In this document: in pieces, positions 47,972 through 58,079 of the stretch | How the letters are laid out: every line of letters starts with the position of its first letter | Numbering within the stretch: the stretch's first letter is position 1 | Origin: an uncultured virus (IMG/VR IMGVR_UViG_3300020044_008989) | Lineage: Duplodnaviria; Heunggongvirae; Uroviricota; Caudoviricetes | DNA length: 64,000 nucleotides | Direction: 5' to 3' (one strand) | Virus record (IMG/VR): IMGVR_UViG_3300020044_008989 | Span: 32,001 to 96,000 of that record | Translations under genes and position numbers: made by a program | Notes under the pieces: generated by a model | The model's database searches: none | What the model was told of the DNA's origin: nothing | Seen by the model: the letters and a program-made list of their open reading frames with translations, nothing else

Positions 47972-48154
47972 ATGTACTACGAAATCAACATCTCCCTCAA
48001 TGGCGACCACTTGTTCGCCACGCATGAACGTTCCATTAAGGACGACGGCGATCTAAAAATGGTTAGACCAATTCTCGAAAAGAAATTCCCAGAATCAGAG
48101 GGGTATCATATCAGCATTACCCGCTACGAATTACGCGGACAAAAAATAGTTTGA
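47972..48154 (+). CDS. Small hypothetical phage protein
   Basis: YEINISLNGDHLFAT...KFPESEGY. Confidence 0.6.
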   Translation: MYYEINISLNGDHLFATHERSIKDDGDLKMVRPILEKKFPESEGYHISITRYELRGQKIV

Positions 48155-48184
48155 CAAGATAATAATTCAAGGTTATATTCCCCC

Positions 48185-48424
48185 ATGAACAAATACAAAC
48201 TCGTCCCCCGCCGATTCTGGAAACGCAAAGAAGGTTTCACTGGATGCCCTGAAACGGTTTCAATCTATGGCGCAATGCCTCAACCTCGCGAAGCTTACGA
48301 AATCGCGGAGAAGGGTTTCTCAATCTACGATTCTAGGAACAACACCTATTCTAACTACTTCTTTGGTAAGATTGGCATTGACACAAGAGAAGAGGGCGAA
48401 AACATTATTGCTCGCTTGAAATAA
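48185..48424 (+). CDS. Hypothetical protein
   Basis: Leaderless promoter. Confidence 0.55.
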   Translation: MNKYKLVPRRFWKRKEGFTGCPETVSIYGAMPQPREAYEIAEKGFSIYDSRNNTYSNYFFGKIGIDTREEGENIIARLK

Positions 48425-48436
48425 TCGAATAATTAC

Positions 48437-48480
48437 TTGCGCCGCGAATAAATCTCTGTTGCGCCGCGAATAAATCTCTG
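48437..48480 (+). repeat. Perfect 22-bp tandem duplication of a promoter -35 box plus spacer
   Basis: TTGCGCCGCGAATAAATCTCTG twice. Confidence 0.9.
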
Positions 48481-48492
48481 TATTTTGCCAAT

Positions 48493-48711
48493 ATGAATCC
48501 TCCAAAACTTTCAGAAATAATCGCCGCCCTTTCCAAAATTAAAGAAGAAAAAGGAGACTTGGAAATTTTAATTGGCCGCTATTGCTCTAGTGTCGATGGA
48601 GAATACATTGCGCGAGAATTTAAAGTTGAGGACAGGGGGGACTCTTTTTATGCTGGCTATTTTGGCGCAAAAGGGGATGAAATAGTATCTCCAATCTGGG
48701 ATTTCGCTTGA
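48493..48711 (+). CDS. Hypothetical protein
   Basis: Leaderless promoter. Confidence 0.55.
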   Translation: MNPPKLSEIIAALSKIKEEKGDLEILIGRYCSSVDGEYIAREFKVEDRGDSFYAGYFGAKGDEIVSPIWDFA

Positions 48712-48939
48712 CCCCAAAGAATAACCTGCTAATTTACCAATATGAGCATAACAACGTATCTTTATGAGGTTAATTACTTAAACCCTGATGGAGAGCGCGG
48801 ACATACCCAAAGAAGAGCTAGTGACTCAGAGAACGCGAGAGAAGTATTTTTGGCCGCGTTTCCTGATTATTCTTTTATTTCCTGCTCAAAAATTGGAAAT
48901 TAATATTGACAATAGCAAAACCTAGCCTATCTTCTACTC

Positions 48940-49347
48940 ATGAACCAATACGACCAACAAGCCCTTGACTTCCTCGCCAAACACGGCATCACATTCTCCT
49001 TTAAGCTGGCGAACACTAAGGTACCAAGCTGGGACAAAAACCGCCAGTGCAATCATTTCGTTGCGACCTTTAAGAAGGGCAAAAGTAAATTGTCGTTTGA
49101 CTTCTTTGATTCCATACATAACTTCCAGAAGGGAGTAGTTGAGCTTGACGCATATACGGCCTTGACAGTTTGTTCGGCAGAAATTCACTGTGCGGACACA
49201 TTTGAGGATTTTTGTAGTGAGTATGGATACGATGAAGATTCCAGAAGCGCCGAAAAAACCTTCCGCGCCCTCTCTAAAATGTCCAAAAAGTTGAAAAAAT
49301 TCTTTGACACTGAGGAAATGCGGGAAGATTTAGGAGAAATTCAGTAA
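48940..49347 (+). CDS. Hypothetical phage early-type protein
   Basis: TFEDFCSEYGYDEDSRSAEK. Confidence 0.65.
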   Translation: MNQYDQQALDFLAKHGITFSFKLANTKVPSWDKNRQCNHFVATFKKGKSKLSFDFFDSIHNFQKGVVELDAYTALTVCSAEIHCADTFEDFCSEYGYDEDSRSAEKTFRALSKMSKKLKKFFDTEEMREDLGEIQ

Positions 49348-49601
49348 TAAAACTTGCGCCGCAAGAAATAATGTGGTAATATCAAATATGAAAAAGAAAA
49401 CCAATCACTCCGACATTGGATGCCGCGCCGCTTGGAAAGTTGTTGGCGCTCTATGCGCTGTCTATAACATAGACAATGACTACAGAAACGAGGAAAGTTT
49501 TTATAATGCCCTTGTCAAAAAGTGCTTCGATGAGGCGAAAAAAGAAGTGGAAAGCGAGAATTAAAACTTGCGCGGCCTAAAATAATCAGTATATTCCTAC
49601 C

Positions 49602-49784
49602 ATGAACCGAACCACTGCAAACACCTTCGTCAAATTTTATGATGACTATTACGAAAAAGACGGCACCAAACTTGTGTCCATTGACTCCATCATGGTTGAC
49701 GGATACCCTATTGACGCCGAAACTGGCGAGGATTTAGAACCTTGCGGGAGTGAGCTTTACGATTGTAATGGTGATCCTGTTTAA
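49602..49784 (+). CDS. Hypothetical protein
   Basis: Promoter TTGCGC/TATATT. Confidence 0.5.
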   Translation: MNRTTANTFVKFYDDYYEKDGTKLVSIDSIMVDGYPIDAETGEDLEPCGSELYDCNGDPV

Positions 49785-49832
49785 TTTTAAATAATTGTTG
49801 ACCTGCGAAACTTTCCGCCCTATATTATTCCC

Positions 49833-50270
49833 ATGAACGCCAAACTACTCTCACAAATCCACAACAATCTTTCACCCCTTGATACTGAGGACATGTACCG
49901 CTCCATGCTGGAAGAATGCTATGGGGAAATCGAAGTTGCGGGATTGACTTTTAGCGCCGCTCGCATTGTTGAAGAGCTTGATCCTACGGCTTTTAGGTGC
50001 GGGTTGGTGGATTACATTTATTCGCTCTCTCTGGTGGAAATTCACGGGGATTACTACGAGCAGGATGCCGTAGAAGCGGAGCGTGATAGTCTTGTGACTG
50101 ACTTGGAAAACGAGCTTTCAGACCTTGAGGACGAACTTCTCGAAAATGAGAAAGATATTAAAAATGAGACAATTTCAGAAGAGGCGGGCAATGCTGAAAG
50201 TGAGGAATTGCAAGATAAAATTGCAAAATTGACGGCAGAGATTGAGGAAATTAAAGAATATTGTTTTTAA
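49833..50270 (+). CDS. Highly acidic protein (possible DNA mimic, Ocr-like composition)
   Basis: LDPTAFRCG; D/E-rich; leaderless promoter. Confidence 0.45.
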   Translation: MNAKLLSQIHNNLSPLDTEDMYRSMLEECYGEIEVAGLTFSAARIVEELDPTAFRCGLVDYIYSLSLVEIHGDYYEQDAVEAERDSLVTDLENELSDLEDELLENEKDIKNETISEEAGNAESEELQDKIAKLTAEIEEIKEYCF

Positions 50271-50448
50271 TTGTTGATTCTTGGTTGTTTATAGGGTAAT
50301 GTAATACATGACTCTCTTCTCAATCAAGCTCCCGCCGAAAAAAGCTCGCCGCCATCTCCCTCCCCCGTCTTTCAGAATGAAGTCTAAGATGGACTATCGC
50401 AGAAACAAAAAGGTTGACGTGGAATAATAACCCTGATATACTACCAAC

Positions 50449-50691
50449 ATGAAAACACTCTCCGACCTCCGCGCCGCTTGCAAAATTCACGGCATTAAAG
50501 TAAAGAAACAAACTCTGTCATGGGGGCCGCATCTTTCTTTTGAAATTGACGGTTGCCCTGCATCCTCCGCCACGGTGACAACAAAAGAGTTTCTTGAGCC
50601 TCGTAAAGAGCGTTTTGAGGCTTTACAGGCTATCAGGGAAGAATTTGCTGGCATGACCATTGACGGGCAAAAAGTTTACGGGTTGAAATAA
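50449..50691 (+). CDS. Hypothetical protein
   Basis: Leaderless promoter. Confidence 0.55.
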   Translation: MKTLSDLRAACKIHGIKVKKQTLSWGPHLSFEIDGCPASSATVTTKEFLEPRKERFEALQAIREEFAGMTIDGQKVYGLK

Positions 50692-51070
50692 TGAAAATGA
50701 GCCTTTCCAAACTCGCCACCGCTGCCGATTCTGGCGTTTATCAAAATACTGGAAAAATTGATCGCGATTACGGTTTCCGCCCTAAGCGTGCCAGCAACGT
50801 CAAAAAAAGGTTGATGGGCGAAAATAAAACCAAACAAAAGAGGCTACTTGACAAATTGTTTAGTGAAGAGTAAGGTAATCCATGAACAGAATCAAACAAC
50901 TCCCCATAAGCTTTCCCACCTTTGAAAAAGAAGTCTGGCTATTGGATAACGGCTCAAAAGAAGTCGTTCTAGTGGATGAATCAGAAGAAACGTGGCAAAA
51001 TTATTGCTCATTAGTTGCCAAAAGTAACAAATAAAGCTTGCGGCGTTCATTATTCAGGTTATACTCCAAT

Positions 51071-51349
51071 ATGAAAATCAAACCAGACCACTTCCAAGCA
51101 ATCAAGGACAAAATTGACGCATTCATCGCCAAGCATGGCAGCGAATATCTTGTCTCCATGTATGAAAGCGGTAATTTCCCGCGCTCCGAAAAGGTAAAAG
51201 ACTTGCAAACGAGGTTTAATTTTGATATTTTCCATCATGCGGGCGGACTTTCCGCTGCTTGCGCGGCGAATGTTTACGATTATGCGAATGATGAACATAT
51301 CGCTACTGCGCTAAAGAAAATTTGCCCGAAAGTGCAAAGAAAATACTGA
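51071..51349 (+). CDS. Hypothetical phage protein
   Basis: MKIKPDHF...YDYANDEHIATALK. Confidence 0.6.
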   Translation: MKIKPDHFQAIKDKIDAFIAKHGSEYLVSMYESGNFPRSEKVKDLQTRFNFDIFHHAGGLSAACAANVYDYANDEHIATALKKICPKVQRKY

Positions 51350-51523
51350 AATAATTTGACTTAATTTTTGGCGAGACTATATTAGAACCATGAGAACATA
51401 CTCCTTCCAATACCATACCGCCAAGAAATCGTGTCTTTACTTTCAGTGCATGGCAGAAAGCTATAGCTCGGCAATTTCCCTGCTTAAAAAGCATGATCGT
51501 AAAGCAGAAAATTGGAGGTTGGT

Positions 51524-51784
51524 ATGAATAAAGCAGAAACCGCCCTCCTTGAAATCTTCCGCGCCGAGACTCAGGAGGTTAAGGAAAACGAGCGAGAATG
51601 CGCGTTAAATGCCGTTTCTGGCATTCTTTGCTGGCTTACCATAGAGCCGCCTATGAGTCGCGAGAAATTGATTGAATCATGCCTTGCTGAGTTTGAACGT
51701 GCAAACAAGTATAAGGGCAAGCAAATAGACCAAACAATCAACTATTACAGAAAAGTCTCGAAAAAACTTGACGGGCAAAAATAA
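51524..51784 (+). CDS. Hypothetical protein
   Basis: GGAGGT upstream, a rare SD-like site in this window. Confidence 0.5.
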   Translation: MNKAETALLEIFRAETQEVKENERECALNAVSGILCWLTIEPPMSREKLIESCLAEFERANKYKGKQIDQTINYYRKVSKKLDGQK

Positions 51785-51801
51785 ATCAGCTATATTAGAG
51801 C

Positions 51802-52059
51802 ATGAAATCACTCGGCACTATTTTACCAACGGCCAAAAGTTTAGCTATAAATGACGCTCATTTTGAAAAGGAGCAACGTCTGAATTTTACCTATGCCGAC
51901 AACCATCCACTACTAGGAATTTCACCTAGGGTTTGGGAAAAGGGCGAACATAGGTGGATTATTGCTCCTACTATTTATGCCGTAGTGGGAAATCAAACGG
52001 CAAAATTCTTTGAACGGCGGCATGATGGAGATTATGCAATCAAGTATTCCCCGAAATAA
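51802..52059 (+). CDS. Hypothetical protein
   Basis: Leaderless promoter. Confidence 0.55.
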   Translation: MKSLGTILPTAKSLAINDAHFEKEQRLNFTYADNHPLLGISPRVWEKGEHRWIIAPTIYAVVGNQTAKFFERRHDGDYAIKYSPK

Positions 52060-52107
52060 ATACAATTATTTACTTGCGCCGCTTCTAATCTCGGTTTATA
52101 TTCAGAC

Positions 52108-52371
52108 ATGAATCCATTCAGCCTTGCAGAAAAGAAACGCCACAATCTCAGTGATTTGACGAATGAAGAATTCGAGAAAATCGTATTCGCTGGCGCTACC
52201 ATGACAGAGCATCGCGGCCCAAGTGATGCTTTCACGGCTAAGGAAATGCAAACGATTATCAATAGCGACTCGTTTTATTATTTTCCTCAGTATTCTAAAG
52301 ATTTTCTTTGGGCTGCATACGCTAATGAAGCGGACAAAATTCTGGAAAAAGTGCGCGAAAATAACAATTAA
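52108..52371 (+). CDS. Hypothetical protein
   Basis: Promoter TTGCGC/TATATT. Confidence 0.55.
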   Translation: MNPFSLAEKKRHNLSDLTNEEFEKIVFAGATMTEHRGPSDAFTAKEMQTIINSDSFYYFPQYSKDFLWAAYANEADKILEKVRENNN

Positions 52372-52408
52372 TTCTTGACTGCTGGTTTAATCGTGATATT
52401 GTAACGGT

Positions 52409-52687
52409 ATGAATCAAATCACCCATAACAGAGTTTTCGATTTTGTTGCCAGTGTCGCGCCATATAGTACTATTGTCGGCACGATTTATGGACACGTCAT
52501 TCGCCTAGAGGAAAGAGTCGGCGGACACCTAGGGAAAACCCTTAACGTCCATCCTGGGAAAGATTCATTTCAAAACTGTATGCTTGATTGCAGGGCAATC
52601 GCTACGGATTACGGGCGGAAATTCTCTATTGAATCAGGCGGGAAGGCTATATTTTCCGTTGAAACGGTGGAAATTAAAAAGAAATAA
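52409..52687 (+). CDS. Hypothetical protein (paralog of 58080-58310)
   Basis: VIRLEER.GG.HLGKT.NVH shared. Confidence 0.65.
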   Translation: MNQITHNRVFDFVASVAPYSTIVGTIYGHVIRLEERVGGHLGKTLNVHPGKDSFQNCMLDCRAIATDYGRKFSIESGGKAIFSVETVEIKKK

Positions 52688-52724
52688 TTGTTGCGCCGCT
52701 TCTTAACTCGCTATATACTAAAGT

Positions 52725-52970
52725 ATGATTAACACAGAAGATGCCACCGCAATTAAAACCGCGCTCTCCCATCTTATCGCCTTAAAAGATGCTCCTGAAA
52801 ATGGGGAATACTTAAATGGCGCGATTAGCCTAGCAGAAAGCTTTCACGCTATGCTCTCTAACCGTGGAGACTCAAAAGCTTATGAGTCTGCATACAATAC
52901 TATAAAAAGCATGGGCAGAAACATGAAAAGTCTGAAAATAGACCGCGAAAATAATTCCAAAAATCATTAA
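52725..52970 (+). CDS. Hypothetical protein
   Basis: Leaderless promoter. Confidence 0.5.
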   Translation: MINTEDATAIKTALSHLIALKDAPENGEYLNGAISLAESFHAMLSNRGDSKAYESAYNTIKSMGRNMKSLKIDRENNSKNH

Positions 52971-53010
52971 TTAATTCTTGACGCGCTCTTATAACCCGCT
53001 ATATTAAACC

Positions 53011-53649
53011 ATGAAGAAAAACCCATCCCCTAAACTCGGCCTCCGCATCTCAAGTGAAACGTCAAACGGTTACAAGCATCTGTCTTTTCAGCTTTTGAAG
53101 CGCAAAGAGTATAGCGAGACTGACATGGAAGAAATGTTCGTTATTCGCTTTCAAAGCGATAGCGAGAATAAAGGATGGTACGCTATGCGGACTACCGTAG
53201 AAACGTCTGGAAACGCCGTTAATCACCTCTCTGAAGCTCTGAAGCTCATTAAAAAGCTCACGCCAGAAAATACGTACGACGAAACGCCAGACACGATTCT
53301 GGCGAAATGCGCTGAGTTGAAAATTGCACGGGTTGAATATGATTCGCGCTTGTCTCAATTCATTACAGAAAAGGACTGCCCTGATGTGTCTTTGACTAGG
53401 TGGATGGATGGGTACTTGCATTACAATCGTAGTTATGGATGTAGCGTTGCTACCCTTGCCCGTGATGAAATTGATGCGCGAAATAAAATCGCTAAGGAGT
53501 TTGCCGAGAATGTTGCCCAAGGATATTCCCTAGAGACTTTCGAGAAATGGATCGCGGCAGGGAAACCCGTAGAAGAAAACCGTGGTTCAATTTATGATGC
53601 TGCTCGTTTCGCTCCGATTGAATCAGTGATGGAGCCGCTAAATAAATGA
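53011..53649 (+). CDS. Hypothetical protein
   Basis: 212 aa; leaderless promoter. Confidence 0.65.
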   Translation: MKKNPSPKLGLRISSETSNGYKHLSFQLLKRKEYSETDMEEMFVIRFQSDSENKGWYAMRTTVETSGNAVNHLSEALKLIKKLTPENTYDETPDTILAKCAELKIARVEYDSRLSQFITEKDCPDVSLTRWMDGYLHYNRSYGCSVATLARDEIDARNKIAKEFAENVAQGYSLETFEKWIAAGKPVEENRGSIYDAARFAPIESVMEPLNK

Positions 53650-53691
53650 AAATAATTGTTGCGCCCCTTTGTTTCTGGCTTATAGTCTCTC

Positions 53692-54063
53692 ATGCAACTA
53701 AAGAATCAAACGACAAGGGGCGCAAAGATGCTTGAAATGAACGGCGATACTTACGCCCTTCGCAAGAATGTGATGGATGTGATCTATCGGGCAAAGAAAC
53801 TTGTTGACATTCCTCGCATCGAAGTGCGGATTGTCGAAACCCGTCCCTGCAATATGGGATACGCCTACTTAGGGAAAAACATTATCCACATAGGCGCAAA
53901 GTATGCCAGCAATCAGGGAAGTATGCTGGATTCCCTAGTCCTGCATGAAATTGTCCATGCCGTGAAATCGGCAAAGCATGATGAGAGTTGCCCACTGATG
54001 GGGACTTCCTATAAGGAATTTTCTGATGCGATTGTTTGGGACGCATTCAAGAAATATTTCTGA
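53692..54063 (+). CDS. HExxH metallopeptidase-like protein
   Basis: VLHEIVHAV...H...CPLM. Confidence 0.6.
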   Translation: MQLKNQTTRGAKMLEMNGDTYALRKNVMDVIYRAKKLVDIPRIEVRIVETRPCNMGYAYLGKNIIHIGAKYASNQGSMLDSLVLHEIVHAVKSAKHDESCPLMGTSYKEFSDAIVWDAFKKYF

Positions 54064-54104
54064 TTAATTACTTGCGCGGCAATTAATTTGTGTTATAGTG
54101 ATTT

Positions 54105-54419
54105 ATGAACAAACAAGACGCTCTCAACAAGTGGCAAAAAGCTGTCAAACTTCGCTTCCATGATTCGCTCGAAAAATGGAAAAACGCCTTTCCGACAACT
54201 GAAAGTTTCGCGCAGTTTTACGAGGATACAAAAAACCTTTCTTGGCCTGAAAACTATGGGCAGTCTCCTATGGATGACGCTTTTGACATTGCTTATTATC
54301 TTAGGAATGGAATCTCAGAAACGTCTAAGAAATTTTACGCCGAAAACTTAGATTCTTTCTGGATCAAACAGAAAGGCGAAAAAATGGATTACTACGGTAT
54401 AAAGTGGAGAATAATTTAA
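54105..54419 (+). CDS. Hypothetical protein
   Basis: Promoter TTGCGC/TATAGT. Confidence 0.55.
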   Translation: MNKQDALNKWQKAVKLRFHDSLEKWKNAFPTTESFAQFYEDTKNLSWPENYGQSPMDDAFDIAYYLRNGISETSKKFYAENLDSFWIKQKGEKMDYYGIKWRII

Positions 54420-54472
54420 ATTAATTTGATTCGCCGCTTGACTTGTCTCTTAATCTTTGGTATCGTAACAGT

Positions 54473-54670
54473 ATGAAAGAATCCTTCTCAACAATCAATG
54501 ATTGGAACTCATTTTATGATCGTCTCGCCCTTATGGGAAGTGCGGCAACAAATTGGAAAGTTGAGCTTGACAAAAGTTCTCGCTTGACAACCAAAAAGTT
54601 CCTTTATATAATAGCAAACGGTGAAAGCTGGAAGTTTGACCGAAAAAACAAATCCTTTTCTAGTAATTAA
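54473..54670 (+). CDS. Hypothetical protein
   Basis: Start set by promoter. Confidence 0.45.
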   Translation: MKESFSTINDWNSFYDRLALMGSAATNWKVELDKSSRLTTKKFLYIIANGESWKFDRKNKSFSSN

Positions 54671-54716
54671 TTTAAATTATTACTTGCGCCGTCTCTGAAA
54701 TCTGATATATTGAAAC

Positions 54717-54965
54717 ATGAAAGCAATCGCCCCCAGATCGTATGACTTTTTATTTTCCATTGAAACTGATTGCGATGGATGGTATGGGGAAATCTGCCGA
54801 AATAATCCAGTTGATTCTGATTGTTTTAGCGAGCTAGCAGAAATGAAAGGCTATCCTAGGAACAACGAGTGGAAACCTCTTGACATGAAAACTTTCTGGT
54901 TGTTTTGGGATGGCAAAATAACGCCAACGCACGAAAGAATTAAAAACAAATACTTGCGGCGCTAA
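54717..54965 (+). CDS. Hypothetical protein
   Basis: Promoter TTGCGC/TATATT. Confidence 0.5.
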   Translation: MKAIAPRSYDFLFSIETDCDGWYGEICRNNPVDSDCFSELAEMKGYPRNNEWKPLDMKTFWLFWDGKITPTHERIKNKYLRR

Positions 54966-55863
54966 TGAATGGTAATTCAGGAATAGAAAAGCTTTCGCCG
55001 CTCTTTCTGTAATTAAATAATCACATTCATCCTTGACAAGTTGACAGAAAACCATTAGATTAATCCCATGAACAAACAAGATTACGCTGATAAATGGTCA
55101 TCGAATGAGTGGCAAAAACTTTGCAAGAGTGACGATTTCGTGTCAGCATTTTGGTGGAATGATTTTGAACATGCGGATAAAATTGCCAACGAACTTTTGA
55201 GGATGTAATACCTTGACGATCAACGCATTAGAGCGGCAGCTGATGGGCGTTGTTTTTGTCTTTTTCTGCAAATAAGCAGGGAGAGATATAGGAATAGACT
55301 ATAGGAGTAATAGAGAGAATAAACAAAGCAAACTTGCCTAGTCGATTCACTTACGCCTAAACGTTATAACATCCTTGTCTTTTATCTCTGATTAATAATC
55401 ACTTGCAAAATGCAACTAACTTTTTTAATCGCGCCTAAGAATGTTAGTCCAGCCTAAGTTTGTGCGAAAAACAATCAAACAAATCTTGACGGCTCGAAAT
55501 AACCTGATATAGTATCAATCACAAACCGTTAATAACCAACAAACTACAATGATTACCCTCGAAGCAATGCACCACGGCAAAAAAGTCGATTCCATGTCCT
55601 TTACCGAAAGAAGCTCGAAAGAGGGGCGTGATTTAACTGGTAAAGAAATGACCGAATGGAAAGAAAAAATCAAAAACCAGTTTGACAATGTGGAGTTTGA
55701 CCTATACTTTGACTAATCACAAAAGTATCACGTTCCACAAAAAAGTGTTATTTTTACTAGGGTTTTATAAAGGTTTTTAGGCATTTTCCCGTGGAACAAA
55801 TGTTATTGTGATAAATAAGCAAGTTTTAGTTGACGGCGTGAAATAATCTGATATATTCCCTAT

Positions 55864-56064
55864 ATGAAAATAATCATGACAGTCCACCACGGCGAAACAA
55901 ATCACGAAATTGTTCGCGGCGAAACTTTTGAAGAATGCCTCTCGTATCTTTCTCACACTAATCTCTATAAAGGATACGGCCCCTCCCTAGAAGCAATGAA
56001 AGAATTAAAGGAGCATAAACAATTTTCCTACGGATGGGCGGACTATTCCATCATTGAAGAATAA
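55864..56064 (+). CDS. Hypothetical protein
   Basis: Leaderless promoter. Confidence 0.5.
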   Translation: MKIIMTVHHGETNHEIVRGETFEECLSYLSHTNLYKGYGPSLEAMKELKEHKQFSYGWADYSIIEE

Positions 56065-56111
56065 TTTCAGAAAATACTTGCGCCGCTCAAATAATTAGCT
56101 TATATTCTCCC

Positions 56112-56306
56112 ATGAACGCACAAGCTCACCTCTCTAATCTTGAAACTCAGCTAAATTTTATCCTTGAACATATCAGGGATTCAAAATGCCCTTTTTCGGG
56201 AAATTTTGTAGAACGCCGCGAAGAAATTGAAAAACACGCACGCGCCGCGAAAAAATCGTTTGACTGGTTAGACAATTGTGCCGTCATAAAAGATGCGCAA
56301 AATTAA
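56112..56306 (+). CDS. Hypothetical protein
   Basis: Leaderless promoter. Confidence 0.5.
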   Translation: MNAQAHLSNLETQLNFILEHIRDSKCPFSGNFVERREEIEKHARAAKKSFDWLDNCAVIKDAQN

Positions 56307-56349
56307 AAAACAACTTGCGCCCCACAAAATAACCTGCTATATTAAAAAC

Positions 56350-56622
56350 ATGAACAAAGAACCATCCTCCCCTAAGTCCATGACCTGCAAAATTTGGTCC
56401 TGCGACAATACCAAAGCTAAGAAAAACAACTGGCATTTCGCGCCGAAAAAACTGCGCGGGCAAGTGTCGGAAATCGCCCCTAAGATCAAATCCCTAGGCG
56501 TGGGAAGTAAGACCTATAAGCTCGGTCCTTACGAGGGAAGTCTGGAAGAACTTAAGGAATTCGCCCGTATGAAGGGCATGTCTTCCCTAAGTCTCGGATG
56601 CGTAAAGATTAAGGTGGCATAG
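56350..56622 (+). CDS. Basic hypothetical protein
   Basis: Start set by promoter TTGCGC/TATATT. Confidence 0.5.
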   Translation: MNKEPSSPKSMTCKIWSCDNTKAKKNNWHFAPKKLRGQVSEIAPKIKSLGVGSKTYKLGPYEGSLEELKEFARMKGMSSLSLGCVKIKVA

Positions 56623-56636
56623 GAAAAACCCCTAAG

Positions 56637-56733
56637 AGAGCACCTAGGTTAGCAACCTAGGTGTTCTTTGCACTCCGCAAACTTTTAAACGAGGGGTCCA
56701 TGTACACTATAGAGATAAAATCACTGAACGCAA
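56637..56733 (-). ncRNA. GGACCC-family short transcript unit 1 (promoter, short RNA, hairpin)
   Basis: TTGCGT-16-TATAGT-GTAC-ATGGACCCCTCGTTTAAAA...CACCTAGGTT/AACCTAGGTG hairpin. Confidence 0.55.
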
Positions 56734-56813
56734 GTAAAAAATAAAAATAAATTCGCGGCGAGAAAAGAGTAATTATTGCTTGATTAGTGTCTGGGCTCTG
56801 GTATATTAAACCT

Positions 56814-56993
56814 ATGAATCCCCCATCACATCCCGTCTCTGATTTGATCATCAAAATTTTGAGCACCAATAACGGCTATTTGTTCGCGCCCTCAGAAAAA
56901 GAAATTGACATCGCCAAATCCCACCCGACAGTGTTTCTTCACGTTTACAACCAGAATCAGGAATTTTTCCCGCATAAAATTTCTCTAAAATAA
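56814..56993 (+). CDS. Hypothetical protein
   Basis: Start set by promoter. Confidence 0.45.
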   Translation: MNPPSHPVSDLIIKILSTNNGYLFAPSEKEIDIAKSHPTVFLHVYNQNQEFFPHKISLK

Positions 56994-57029
56994 ACTTGCG
57001 CGGCAAATAAATCTGTGGTATAGTATCTT

Positions 57030-57239
57030 ATGAAACAACTAATCGCCCTCGCTAACGACAACCTTGTAATGGAACCCTTGGATGCACTCGCTACAGCTTG
57101 CGCCATCCTAGGCGGGAACATTGAAGCTCCTAGTATTTATCAGGATGACAGCGATGAACTCTATAGGGAAGTCTCCTATGATGGTAAGAAATTTCCCGTG
57201 TCCTATAGCGGCGAGCAGTGGGAAAGCGGCTGGATTTAA
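57030..57239 (+). CDS. Hypothetical protein
   Basis: Promoter TTGCGC/TATAGT. Confidence 0.5.
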   Translation: MKQLIALANDNLVMEPLDALATACAILGGNIEAPSIYQDDSDELYREVSYDGKKFPVSYSGEQWESGWI

Positions 57240-57548
57240 AATAAAACCACTTGACAGCGCGGAAGTCCCGCGCTATATTGTCCCAGCGAACAACTTCAGC
57301 TAGGGCGGCAAAAAAGGCCCGCGAATACCCTAGGTAGAATTTGCAGACGCTTAATTTTAAGGGATGGCAACTTGACGTTTAGACTAGTACGTGTTCCCTT
57401 AGACTTATCTGTCTAGGACTCTCGCCCCTCAGTACATACAAGATAGAGAGAAAATGAGGCCGCGCAACTATTAATTGATATTATTTTTACGCGGCGAAAA
57501 AAAGAGATTGGCCGTTGACAGAGAGATTATTCTGTGATATTGTAAACC

Positions 57549-57782
57549 ATGAAACGCTACACACACAAAGCACTCGAATCAGACGTTGAAGCTCTTAACG
57601 CTAAGCTGGCGGAGAAAGGCCATTCTATGCGCTTCATGGTGGGCGCTCGTTATGGGTACTCGGCTATTGACCTCGCTACGGTTGAACAATTGGCGCGGCA
57701 TTGCTGCCAGCGTAATCTTGACAGCGGTACGCCTCGTGAATGTCTCGCCGCTTGCCATTCTTACATGGCCAATAATTTGTGA
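57549..57782 (+). CDS. Hypothetical protein
   Basis: Leaderless promoter. Confidence 0.55.
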   Translation: MKRYTHKALESDVEALNAKLAEKGHSMRFMVGARYGYSAIDLATVEQLARHCCQRNLDSGTPRECLAACHSYMANNL

Positions 57783-57823
57783 AAACAGCTTGCGCATCTC
57801 TTAACCCTCGCCTATATTATTCC

Positions 57824-57982
57824 ATGCTTACAAGAAAAACATTCATCGCCGTCGCCGCCACCGTTTTAGCCATCGCCGATAAAAACGAGCGCGAAAAACA
57901 GGCAAATTTCCAAGCTCAAATTTTCGCCGCCAGCAATCCCCGATTTGACAAGGCTCGTTTCCTTTCCGCTTGTGGACTCTAA
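57824..57982 (+). CDS. Small hypothetical phage protein
   Basis: MLTRKTFIAVA...NPRFDKARFLSACG. Confidence 0.6.
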   Translation: MLTRKTFIAVAATVLAIADKNEREKQANFQAQIFAASNPRFDKARFLSACGL

Positions 57983-58079
57983 GAAAAACCCATGATTATT
58001 CTACTGATTATAATCGGCGCTCTCGTTTTAAAGTGAAGAAAAAACTTGCGGGCGAAAATATTCTGTGATATAATAAGCC

